Below are positions 26,522 through 35,503 of a DNA stretch of 50,184 nt, in pieces. Every line of letters begins with the position of its first letter. Position 1 is the stretch's first letter. The stretch spans positions 1-50,184 of the forward strand of contig JACKGG010000006.1 of assembly GCA_020632035.1 (NCBI GenBank). Direction: 5' to 3'. The position numbers and the translations under genes were made by a program. The stretch is from Candidatus Nomurabacteria bacterium (GTDB taxonomy: Bacteria; Patescibacteriota; Minisyncoccia; Phycocordibacterales; UBA918). The notes under the pieces are model-generated. The model was not told the origin of the DNA. It ran no database searches and worked only from the letters and a program-made list of their open reading frames with translations.

Positions 26522-29206
26522 ATGCGGGATGTCTTTCGAAATAGATATACCGGCACTAAGCTTTTTTTAGTGTTATTTTTCTTGACCCCACTTATTTCCC
26601 AAGCTTCGATTTTCTCTCAGACTTTGAGTCAAACAGCTAATATTTTTTGTGCTTGGTTCACAATATTTTGTCCAATTGAACAAGTTGTGTCGGTTGAAGA
26701 GAATTTGTCTAAAGAGGAAATTGATTCTAAATTTGATCTTAGATATTTGCCGACCAAGGAAGATGTTGCACCACAAGTAGTGTTTAGTCACTCAACTACG
26801 GTAATAGAAAGAATAATTGATCGTTCAGTAGTTGAAGAAAACTATTATCCTACTAAAGTGATAGAAAAATACTTTGCTTCTCCACAAGGTTATATTACGC
26901 AAGAGGATCTTGATATAGTTTTGGAAGAAGCAAAGAGATTTGCTAATAAAGTGAATGAAAAGCAAACCGATTCCGGTTCTGATAGTAATAGTAAAGTTAT
27001 TAATTTTGATGAAGTAAGCGGTGTTGTCACAGTGGTTCAAGGAGGGACAGGTTTAACATCATACACAGTAGGTGATTTATTTTTTGCAGACACAGCAAGT
27101 TCACTTAGTACGCTAGGAATTGGTATTGAGGGACAGGTCCTAACGATACAATCTGGTTTACCTGTATGGGTTTCTGGTGGTGGTGGTGGAGTAGGGAATA
27201 TCGGTTTAGGGCAAGCTGGCTACCTTCCATTTTATGCTTCAGCTACTTCTACTCTTACAGCGACTTCTTCATTATTTATTTCTTCAGCAGGATACTTTGG
27301 TATCGGTACTTCTTCACCATACGCAAAACTAACTATAGCCGGAGACATTGGTCTGACCGGAGGTGTCTACGACAATAACTACACTCGTGGTGCAGTCGGA
27401 CAAATTCTTCAGACTACTGGTACTGGTGTACAGTGGGTGGCGACTTCTAGTCTAGGACTAGGTGGTGGTGGAGCTTCAGCTTTAGAAGATTTGTCTGACG
27501 TCGCGTCAATGACCGAGAACTTGGGCGACTTACTTTATTGGAATGGCTCAGCTTGGGCTGATATCTCCACCTCTTCACTCGGCCTCGGTAACAGAACCTT
27601 CTTAGATCTCACCGACACCATCGGCTCATTCAACACTGGCCGACTTCTTTACGAAAGTGGCTCTGCTATCACTGACTCTTCCGCCCTTACCTTCAACGGT
27701 TCTCGTTTATCTATCACTGGTTCTACTACCGCTTCTGCTGGTTACTTCATGGGTACCACACCAGTTTTAACTGGAAACACGGTCAGTAACAGCTACTTTA
27801 TGGCCGGTGCTTCTTCCCTTAGCTACACGGCTGGTGCTCTAAACAATTATGCACTTGGAAGTAATGCACTCAAAAGCCTTACCAGTGGTGATAGTAACTT
27901 TGCTGTCGGTATTTCTGCTCTCACTAACAATACTACTGGTTCTGAAAATATCGCTGTCGGTAGTGGTGCTCTCACTAGCAATACTGCTGGTTCAGGCAAC
28001 ACTTCATTAGGTACTTGGTCACTTTTCTCTAATACTCTTGGTTCTCATAACACAGCCATTGGTCCTGGTGCGATGGTTCTTAATACAGTCGGTTCAAACA
28101 ATAATACGTTTGGATTAAATGCCCTTGCTGCAAACACCACTGGTTCATACAATACTGTCATCGGAAAAAATGCTCTCCAGTCAAACAACGGTACTGGCAC
28201 CATTGCCATCGGCTACCAAACCGCAAACAACGCTCTGTCAGTAGACCGTTCAATCTTCCTTGGTTACGATATAGACGCTTTCAGTACCACTGCTGATGAT
28301 GTCTTAAATATAGGTAATCTTCTTTTTGGTAACGGACTAGACGGAAGAGGTACTACTTTTAGTACTGGGAATATTGGTATCGGTACTTCTTCACCAAATA
28401 GTAAGTTAGATGTGTGGGGTAATTTTAAAGTAGGAACATCAAGTGTCCCTACTATGTTTGTAAGCACGGCATCGAATAGGGTTGGTATTGGCACTTCAAC
28501 CCCAACTTCTCAGTTTCACACCACTGGCAGTGTCCGGTTTGAGACATTTGGATCAGGAGGACTAGAGACAGATGCAAATGGTAATCTCTTAGTTTCTTCT
28601 GATGAACGACTAAAAACTATTAGTGGTTTCTATAGGGCTACGTCTAGTATTCTAGCTATTATGGGTATCAAGCCAATACAGTATCATTGGGCGACTAGCT
28701 CTGGTTTTGATACTGTAAATCTCTACACTGGTTTCTCAGCTCAAAATGTACAAATGTATATTCCTGAAGCTGTAGGGGAGGATAGTCATGGTTTTTTGAC
28801 CCTTTCTGATCGTCCTATATTAGCTACAGTAATAAACGCTATAAAAGAGATTTGGGGTAACTTAACACAACAAGATGAGAGAATTCAAGATCTTGAGAGG
28901 GAAGTGAGGTTACTTAAAGAGGAATTAAGATCGAGCGATTATGGCTTAACAAACTTGTCAAATGGACAAAAATTCAAAGATGAACACAGTCTATATGAGA
29001 CGTCTACATTAAGCAACACAGCTTCTACAACAAACGATTTTGTTATGACTGATGACTTAGATGAGGAAGAACTTGAACTAACTAATGTTGAAACAGAAGA
29101 GCAGCTCGAAATCAAAGATCAAATAATAGATGAAGAGTTAATCTTAGATGAAGAAAGTATCACGTCTGAAATAGAAGAGTCAGTGAATACAAATTTTGAA
29201 GAATAG
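26522..29206 (+). CDS. Large surface protein (894 aa) with 17-aa Gly/Asn repeats, GIGT repeats and a C-terminal S74 intramolecular chaperone (tail-fibre-like)
   Basis: N-terminal hydrophobic segment, GIGTSSP repeats, SDERLK motif at 28598 followed by YTGFSAQNVQ...PEAV, coiled coil and acidic tail. Confidence 0.85.
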   Translation: MRDVFRNRYTGTKLFLVLFFLTPLISQASIFSQTLSQTANIFCAWFTIFCPIEQVVSVEENLSKEEIDSKFDLRYLPTKEDVAPQVVFSHSTTVIERIIDRSVVEENYYPTKVIEKYFASPQGYITQEDLDIVLEEAKRFANKVNEKQTDSGSDSNSKVINFDEVSGVVTVVQGGTGLTSYTVGDLFFADTASSLSTLGIGIEGQVLTIQSGLPVWVSGGGGGVGNIGLGQAGYLPFYASATSTLTATSSLFISSAGYFGIGTSSPYAKLTIAGDIGLTGGVYDNNYTRGAVGQILQTTGTGVQWVATSSLGLGGGGASALEDLSDVASMTENLGDLLYWNGSAWADISTSSLGLGNRTFLDLTDTIGSFNTGRLLYESGSAITDSSALTFNGSRLSITGSTTASAGYFMGTTPVLTGNTVSNSYFMAGASSLSYTAGALNNYALGSNALKSLTSGDSNFAVGISALTNNTTGSENIAVGSGALTSNTAGSGNTSLGTWSLFSNTLGSHNTAIGPGAMVLNTVGSNNNTFGLNALAANTTGSYNTVIGKNALQSNNGTGTIAIGYQTANNALSVDRSIFLGYDIDAFSTTADDVLNIGNLLFGNGLDGRGTTFSTGNIGIGTSSPNSKLDVWGNFKVGTSSVPTMFVSTASNRVGIGTSTPTSQFHTTGSVRFETFGSGGLETDANGNLLVSSDERLKTISGFYRATSSILAIMGIKPIQYHWATSSGFDTVNLYTGFSAQNVQMYIPEAVGEDSHGFLTLSDRPILATVINAIKEIWGNLTQQDERIQDLEREVRLLKEELRSSDYGLTNLSNGQKFKDEHSLYETSTLSNTASTTNDFVMTDDLDEEELELTNVETEEQLEIKDQIIDEELILDEESITSEIEESVNTNFEE
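27842..28230 (+). repeat. Tandem 17-aa coding repeats (N-x-A-x-G-x-x-A-L-x-x-N-T-x-G-S)
   Basis: NYALGSNALKSLTSGDS / NFAVGISALTNNTTGSE / NIAVGSGALTSNTAGSG / NTSLGTWSLFSNTLGSH / NTAIGPGAMVLNTVGSN / NNTFGLNALAANTTGSY plus degenerate copies. Confidence 0.9.
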
Positions 29207-29289
29207 AGAATAAATATTAGCAATTGTATTTTATAGGACACAGAATCCTACTAGTATAACAACGATCAGTATTGAATTTATATTGCCTG

Positions 29290-32200
29290 TTAATTATTGT
29301 TGATGAATTCTCTAGTGCCTTGTCCAAAGTAACCAGTCCCGTGATTTAGATTATAAGGATGTAATATTTTTTTTGCATTAGCATTTTGGAATTTTATCAA
29401 AGCCGTTTTGGTTAAAGCACCAAAATATTGTGTTTCTTCTCCTAATGAGCCTGGTCCATCATTAGTTATAGTAAAGCCGTTAGAGTTTAAATATTGTTGT
29501 AAACATTTTACATCCGGTCCTTCCATATCAACTTTCAAATCTCTATAGAAAGTACAATTACCTGGTGAAAAGGAGACAGGAGAACTTATCCCCTTCAGAA
29601 AATTTAATAAAGTTCGTAGCTCTTGAATTCGTTTAAGTAGTTCGTCTATTTGTCTTTGTGTAGACAAAGGTAGGGCGGGTAAAGAGTTATCATTAGTTTT
29701 GTAAGTACACAATGTCCTGTCTGCTGTAAATGTAGGTAAGTAGTTAGTGGCTAGTGGATCATCACAACTAAAATCAGTTTCTTTTTCAACTCTTTTTGTT
29801 TTACTGCTACTTCCTCCTCCACCACCACCACCACTTGAAGGATTTGAGAGTGTTATTGTTTTGGTGGCGATCCCTTCAGCACCATGGTTGTCTATTGCTG
29901 TGAAAGTGACAACGTATGTCCCATAATCAGTGTAAGTATGGGTAGTATCTAGAGAAGTGTCAGTATTGCCGTCACCAAAATCCCAGAGTATAGAATCAAC
30001 TGTTCCGTCTAAGTCAGTCGATGTCCCTATGAGAGTAATCTGTTTACCGTCTAAATTCGATAAAAAGGATACTGAAGGGGTGATCCATTGATATTCAAAA
30101 GCACCAATATCCTGTCTACCAAATATATGGTTTCCTAGTACATCGACAGTAATTCCGGTGTCATATCCTGCATTGATTAAAGTAGAAGTACTGGTTAGCG
30201 ATGAGTCACTCGTATATGTATTGGTACTTTGTGTAGTGATTTCTGGTTGATTGTTGTCTCCTAGATATGAGTTCCAAGTACCTTGTGAAGGATTAGACCA
30301 AGCGTTATTTGACACGATAAGACCAGTTGGGGGTGTACCAAATACCGCGTTCACATCGACTGTGTTATCGAAAAAGTAGTTATTAATTACTTCAGTATTA
30401 TTAGCTAGCAGTAATATCCCTAGACCTCCAGTATTTTGATATGCTGTACAATTAGTGATACTTGAATTATGTGCTAGTAAATAAAATCCGTAAGAATTAT
30501 TTTCTGATGCATATGAATATGAAATATCGATACTGTCTCCACCTGTAGTCGAAATACCAACTAATCCTTGATAAGCTTCAATTCGAGTTGCTATTGTGTT
30601 TGATTGAAGAGCAAAGGCGGTGTTCCCGGCGAATCTAACTATAATATCTGCAAGTGAAACATACTCTTGCATATTTATTCCGTAGTCTCTAGTGCTGAAT
30701 TCTATGTGTAAGGAGTTTGGATCTTCTGGCGAGATAGTACGCATATAAAGCGTTCCGTTAGTGTAGTACCATTCTCCCTCGTTCAAAGTATCTTCTGAAG
30801 CACCTTCTGGTCTTACCACTAAATTGTCCATTGATAAACCAGCAGCAAAAGTTGGTAAATAAGCACTTGAATCAACACTTCTTTGATAAGTGTCAGGGTT
30901 ACCTCCACCGTAAGGAATCCATCCACCAGAGACATCGTCGCTAGCCCATATCTCTGGTTTTTCTTGGGGACTTACTCCACGTAAAGTTATATAGCCTTCT
31001 TCATCACCGGGGTTGTTAGAAATTACTCCTTCACGATAGGGAACACCATCATTTTTTATAACGACAATCGTGTCCCCGGGTTGAGCGATTGAGGTTGCTT
31101 TATTGATGGTTGCGAATGGTTCAGCCATACTTCCAGAATTACCGTTATTACTCCCTAGTACGTTATCGACGTATATTTCATCGCCTTGAGTGTAAGAAGG
31201 ATAAACGTTCAGTGTGAAGGTAGACTTTGAAGTAGTCTGACCACCGTCATTTGATTTTCCAACGACGTACCAAGTATGTTCACCTACTGTTAACGGAGAT
31301 GAAATGGTGACATTTTCCGAACTTATATCTGACTCAAATAAGACATCATCTATATATAGATCGTATGAATCTAGTCCATAGTAAGACTCCATTTCTTCCC
31401 AGGTGAAAGTCGGTGTGGTAGTAGTGGAGATGTCTTCATGGGCGGGTGTTAATATGTCAAATGCACGCTGTTTTATTGCGACCATTTTTGGATCACCTAC
31501 CACAACCTGCTTCCAGCTTATATGATTTGTGGACATTCCAAAACTTTCAGCGAGGTTATAACCCTTTGTATAACGATCAAAAAGAATATCTGCATGTGCT
31601 ATTGCTGTAACTAATGGTTCAGTTGTGTAGCCTGCTACACCGGTAACTCCTTCTGCTATTAAGTCAGCGATAAGTGATTGACCATAAGTCGGGGGATACT
31701 GAAAAGTTCGCCCACTAGAGCTTACGATTGTCTCAGCAATGCTCCCGTTTACATATGTGTTATTAGGAATACCATTATTTGGCTCACAGCAATCATTGCT
31801 ACCCCAACTATAATAACCAAGTAAGTTATCTTGATTTGTCATATAAGTAGTCGTCTCATCTAGAAGTACATTGTATCCTCTCTCAGAAAGAATAGACTCG
31901 GCGTCTCTCATCCAGTCATTGCCTTGTTGGTAGGCACCAGTGTCTCTATTTGGATCAACATCTAAGACAAAATTTCCGACATTAGTTGTAGTTGCAATTG
32001 CCGAGCGGTCTATTAGGGATTTTACTTGGTCAATTGTGTAAGCAGTGAGGCGGGTTACTAGATACATATCGTATTCTGTTCTAGCAAACTCCGCTTCTTC
32101 TGTGTAGTAAGGGCTTGTATACGAACCTGTACCACCAATTCGTATACTTAATGAACCAAGGATAAGCATAAGTTCTTGGTCAACTGATGCGCGATTCTCA

Positions 32201-32601
32201 TCCCCACCGTTTGGAGTACCATTTATTCTTAGAGGTACCCCCTTAGTGGTAACTAAGTAATTAACCGTATCAGTAAGACCATTGGTCGTAATATAATCTT
32301 CTATCGGGGTTCTAATATTTGTTTCAAATTCAGTACGACTGACACTCTCTGTCTCTAGTGTAGCTATATGAATTATTTGATCTTCAGACATGCCACGGGC
32401 TACTCTAAAATACTCCCCAATTTCAGTCGATGTCGCTGAGTTATCATTTACGATTATAAGTACATCATCATGATCGTAGATGCCAGCCTCTACCGGCGAT
32501 ACAAAAAAAAAGCCTAGAAATATAAAAAAACTTGTTAGATAACCAAAGGTCAGAACTTGTTTAAAAGTATATGCCATAGTATTTTGAGCTTCTTTCAGCA
32601 T
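29290..32601 (-). CDS. Large secreted multidomain protein (1103 aa): TIGR03790-like domain, Ig-like domain, beta-helix, PKD and peptidoglycan-binding domain
   Basis: VLIIVNDNS..S.EIGEYF, YLVTTKGVPLRI, YYSWGSND and YNLAESF...VVVGDP. IYVDNVLGSNNGNSGSMAEPFATI, DIGAFE, WDFGDG...HTY, poly-Gly linker, DVKCLQQYLN...YFGALTKTALIKFQ. Confidence 0.85.
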   Translation of the reverse strand: MLKEAQNTMAYTFKQVLTFGYLTSFFIFLGFFFVSPVEAGIYDHDDVLIIVNDNSATSTEIGEYFRVARGMSEDQIIHIATLETESVSRTEFETNIRTPIEDYITTNGLTDTVNYLVTTKGVPLRINGTPNGGDENRASVDQELMLILGSLSIRIGGTGSYTSPYYTEEAEFARTEYDMYLVTRLTAYTIDQVKSLIDRSAIATTTNVGNFVLDVDPNRDTGAYQQGNDWMRDAESILSERGYNVLLDETTTYMTNQDNLLGYYSWGSNDCCEPNNGIPNNTYVNGSIAETIVSSSGRTFQYPPTYGQSLIADLIAEGVTGVAGYTTEPLVTAIAHADILFDRYTKGYNLAESFGMSTNHISWKQVVVGDPKMVAIKQRAFDILTPAHEDISTTTTPTFTWEEMESYYGLDSYDLYIDDVLFESDISSENVTISSPLTVGEHTWYVVGKSNDGGQTTSKSTFTLNVYPSYTQGDEIYVDNVLGSNNGNSGSMAEPFATINKATSIAQPGDTIVVIKNDGVPYREGVISNNPGDEEGYITLRGVSPQEKPEIWASDDVSGGWIPYGGGNPDTYQRSVDSSAYLPTFAAGLSMDNLVVRPEGASEDTLNEGEWYYTNGTLYMRTISPEDPNSLHIEFSTRDYGINMQEYVSLADIIVRFAGNTAFALQSNTIATRIEAYQGLVGISTTGGDSIDISYSYASENNSYGFYLLAHNSSITNCTAYQNTGGLGILLLANNTEVINNYFFDNTVDVNAVFGTPPTGLIVSNNAWSNPSQGTWNSYLGDNNQPEITTQSTNTYTSDSSLTSTSTLINAGYDTGITVDVLGNHIFGRQDIGAFEYQWITPSVSFLSNLDGKQITLIGTSTDLDGTVDSILWDFGDGNTDTSLDTTHTYTDYGTYVVTFTAIDNHGAEGIATKTITLSNPSSGGGGGGGSSSKTKRVEKETDFSCDDPLATNYLPTFTADRTLCTYKTNDNSLPALPLSTQRQIDELLKRIQELRTLLNFLKGISSPVSFSPGNCTFYRDLKVDMEGPDVKCLQQYLNSNGFTITNDGPGSLGEETQYFGALTKTALIKFQNANAKKILHPYNLNHGTGYFGQGTREFINNN

Positions 32602-32697
32602 GATGTAATCGTTATAGTATAGATGGATGATGTTAGAAAGTAAAATAAAAAGCCCCCGTAAAGGCGGGCTATCTGGGTGGTTACTGCTGAGTTATTT

Positions 32698-32916
32698 TCA
32701 GCCAGTACGCGGGCTGTTAAATATAAATGTGAGAACTCTCCAACCGCTTGTCGCAATCAGTATAAAAACGATTGTCGCCAGGATAGTCAGAAACCACTGA
32801 CCTTTCTCAAATTCTGTACGAGCTACTGCGTATACTGCAGTATCAGCTGTGGCAGTTGAAAGAAAGATTATGAACAGTACAATCGCTGTTGAAACATTCT
32901 GTATAATCACTAACAC
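32698..32916 (-). CDS. Small hypothetical two-TM membrane protein (72 aa)
   Basis: GAGGT 6 nt before GTG, two hydrophobic helices, hairpin at 32647-32670 downstream. Confidence 0.62.
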   Translation of the reverse strand: MLVIIQNVSTAIVLFIIFLSTATADTAVYAVARTEFEKGQWFLTILATIVFILIATSGWRVLTFIFNSPRTG

Positions 32917-33019
32917 TTCATCACCTCATTTATTTGTTGTATTGGCTTACATTATGCAAACCAGCCTATAAAATAACATTTATTTTATAATATACAATGT
33001 GGACTAACTAATAATTATA

Positions 33020-33048
33020 TTGACATAATAATAAAATTATGTTATACT
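33020..33048 (+). promoter_or_regulatory. Near-consensus sigma70 promoter with extended -10
   Basis: TTGACA-17-TATACT, with TG one base before the -10 box. Confidence 0.75.
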
Positions 33049-33075
33049 TTAATAAATCCGTAGATTAATGTTATA

Positions 33076-33168
33076 GTCTTCCGGTTATCGGTGTCGCAGA
33101 CGGTGTATTGATTCTTTGGAGTCTCCACCATTACGACCTTTGTCACACTGATATTTATTCTATAAGAC
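33076..33168 (+). ncRNA. Candidate structured 5' leader RNA
   Basis: Nested stems gtctt/aagac, tatcggtg/cactgata, (g)tcg/cga(c), ggtg/cacc and gattc/gagtc. Confidence 0.4.
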
Positions 33169-33189
33169 CTTTGGCTTATTATATCGACA

Positions 33190-33609
33190 GTGATTCTCGC
33201 GTTGTTCACGGCCGGTACAGTTTCGGCTGTGCAGTTACCAGAGACATCGTATGGACACATTGCACGAAGTAGGGAAGAGATAGTTGCTATCAATGATACC
33301 GAGGCCGTCGTAAGAGAGTATTTTAAAGATATTCCAATCATGGCTGAGGTAGCTCGTTGTGAATCAACTTTTAAACACCGACTAGCGGATGGCTCTATCC
33401 TTAAAGGAAGGGTTGACCCAGCTGATACTGGGGTAATGCAAATTAATAAGCGTTACCACGAGAAAACAGCTAATGCAATGGAACTCGATCTTGATGACAT
33501 TTATCAAAACATGGAGTACGCTCGTTATCTTTATGATACGCAGGGTACACAACCATGGAGTGCATCAATGCCTTGTTGGGGTGGAAACACTCTAGCGGCG
33601 AATTTCTAA
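33190..33609 (+). CDS. Secreted lysozyme/SLT-like lytic transglycosylase
   Basis: Signal-like N-terminus, VARCES (candidate catalytic Glu), DTGVMQIN, NMEYARYLY and PWSAS motifs. True start uncertain; in-frame stop at 33163. Confidence 0.8.
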   Translation: MILALFTAGTVSAVQLPETSYGHIARSREEIVAINDTEAVVREYFKDIPIMAEVARCESTFKHRLADGSILKGRVDPADTGVMQINKRYHEKTANAMELDLDDIYQNMEYARYLYDTQGTQPWSASMPCWGGNTLAANF

Positions 33610-33646
33610 AAAACAGGCGGGCCCTTAAGGGCCCGCCTGTTTTTTT
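33608..33646. terminator. Bidirectional terminator
   Basis: aaaaacaggcgggccc-ttaa-gggcccgcctgttttt. Confidence 0.88.
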
Positions 33647-33657
33647 ATTTTAAGTAA

Positions 33658-34116
33658 TTACATCACGTCAGGCATTCCATCTCCGTCTTTATCGTCTTCA
33701 GTTGGAGCAAATTTTGTGTTAGAACCTCCAGGGCCGTATGACATTAGGTAGAGAAGTCCACCGATAATAGCTAAGTTTTTCATTATCTGAGTGATGTCAA
33801 ATGGAGCAGAATCAGAAAGACCAACGTGTCCGATTAGAGTGGCTAGAGCAGTGTATGCAATTAGGACAGCTGATGCTAAACCAACTCTATGTCCAATAAT
33901 TACTGCTGTACCAGATACAATCTTTACTACAATTGTTATCCAAACTACTAGTCCTGCTAATGGAATTCCTAGGTTAGAGAAGTTCATTGCTGTGTCTGAT
34001 GTGGTCATTAGCATTCCGATACCAGAAACAGCAAAGAGTAGTCCTATTAGTGATCTTCCTAAAATGGTGCCCCTATCTCTTAGTAAATCCCGTTGTGGAG
34101 CTTTTAACATCAACAT
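33658..34116 (-). CDS. DoxX family membrane protein
   Basis: Four TM segments. GRSLIGLLFAVSG and KNLAIIGGLLYL...GPG motifs. Confidence 0.88.
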   Translation of the reverse strand: MLMLKAPQRDLLRDRGTILGRSLIGLLFAVSGIGMLMTTSDTAMNFSNLGIPLAGLVVWITIVVKIVSGTAVIIGHRVGLASAVLIAYTALATLIGHVGLSDSAPFDITQIMKNLAIIGGLLYLMSYGPGGSNTKFAPTEDDKDGDGMPDVM

Positions 34117-34182
34117 AATAACTATAAATTATCCGAATAAAATCTCATTATATTATAGCAGAATCAGTGTAGAATAAGCTAT

Positions 34183-34644
34183 ATGCAATACTGGTTAATG
34201 AAAACAGAGCCGAGTGAATTCTCAATCGACGATTTGGCTAAGAAGAAGCTGGAAATGTGGGATGGAGTACGTAATTATCAAGTACGCAATATGATGCGTG
34301 ACGATATAAAAATAGGGGATTTAGTTTTTATTTATCATTCAAACGCGGGAGCAGATACGGGTATCGTAGGAGTAGTAAAGATAGCCAAAGAAGCCTATCC
34401 AGACCCGACTCAATTTGATCCCAAAAGCGCTCATCCTGACCCAAAGTCTGACCCGGCTAATCCTAACTGGCTGTGCGTAGACGTGGAGTTTGTTAAAAAA
34501 TTCAAAAGAATTGTCACCTTGCATGAGTTAAAAGCAGATTTGAGTCTGACTGATTTCAGGTTAGTAAAAAGAGGGAATCGTTTGTCTGTAATGCCAGTTA
34601 CCAAAAAAGAGTTTGAGTACATTTCAAAACTAGCTTTATCATAA
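34183..34644 (+). CDS. EVE domain protein
   Basis: YWLMKTEP, WDGVRNYQVRN, FIYHSN and RLSVMPV motifs. Confidence 0.95.
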   Translation: MQYWLMKTEPSEFSIDDLAKKKLEMWDGVRNYQVRNMMRDDIKIGDLVFIYHSNAGADTGIVGVVKIAKEAYPDPTQFDPKSAHPDPKSDPANPNWLCVDVEFVKKFKRIVTLHELKADLSLTDFRLVKRGNRLSVMPVTKKEFEYISKLALS

Positions 34645-34645
34645 T

Positions 34646-35434
34646 ATGAAAATTGGGTTTTTTGATTCTGGGTTGGGTGGTCTTACCATACTAAAAGCAG
34701 TAGCTAAAGCACTGCCAGAGTATGATTATGTTTACTACGGCGACACAGCCAACATTCCTTACGGAGACAAGACAGAAGAGGAAATATATGCACTTACTGT
34801 GCGAGGAGTCGAGTATTTGTTCAAAGTAGATTGCAGTCTAGTGGTGATTGCTTGTAATACAGCGTCAGCTGAAACAGCGCGCAGAATCCAAGAAGAATTT
34901 TTACCGACAAATTTTCCTGATAGAAAAGTGCTTGGAGTGATAGTTCCAACCATAGAAGAACTAAATTTCGGCAAAATGACAAAAGTTGCACTTCTGGCCA
35001 CCAAGCGAACCATTGAATCAAAAAAGTACCACAAAGAATTAGAGCTTAAGGGAAATGGAAACGCCTTGCTTATCGATATGGCAACTCCTGAGCTGGTACC
35101 GCTGATAGAACTAGGTGAACTTGAAGCGGCTACTAACCAAGCGATAAGTCGGATAGAGACAGAAGCGGGGGAGAGTGAGGTGGTGGTGCTTGGGTGCACG
35201 CACTATACAGAAATTAAGAGAGGACTTAGAGCCCACTTCAAAGAAACTAAAAATATAATTTCCCAAGATGAAGTTATTCCAGAAAAATTAAAAACTTATC
35301 TAGCAGCCCACCCAGAAATAGAAACCAAATTATCAAGAGGGGGTGAGAGAGTAGTCCACTTAACTGAACATAAACCTTACTTCGATCAAATTCTCCAACA
35401 ACTGCTTGGTGGGGTGATGGTAGAGGAGAACTAA
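34646..35434 (+). CDS. murI: Glutamate racemase
   Basis: FDSGLGG, YGDTANIPYG, ACNTAS and LGCTHY motifs. Confidence 0.96.
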   Translation: MKIGFFDSGLGGLTILKAVAKALPEYDYVYYGDTANIPYGDKTEEEIYALTVRGVEYLFKVDCSLVVIACNTASAETARRIQEEFLPTNFPDRKVLGVIVPTIEELNFGKMTKVALLATKRTIESKKYHKELELKGNGNALLIDMATPELVPLIELGELEAATNQAISRIETEAGESEVVVLGCTHYTEIKRGLRAHFKETKNIISQDEVIPEKLKTYLAAHPEIETKLSRGGERVVHLTEHKPYFDQILQQLLGGVMVEEN

Positions 35435-35503
35435 AATAGAGAAATTTATTTTACGATTCATAATTCTCAAAATTTCGTAGTTCGTCGAGAAGCAGTGATA
35501 TAA

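Noticed and set aside
26522-29206. Prophage remnant
   Set aside because: Only one tail-fibre-like gene, with a cellular-type N-terminal anchor, and no other phage genes.
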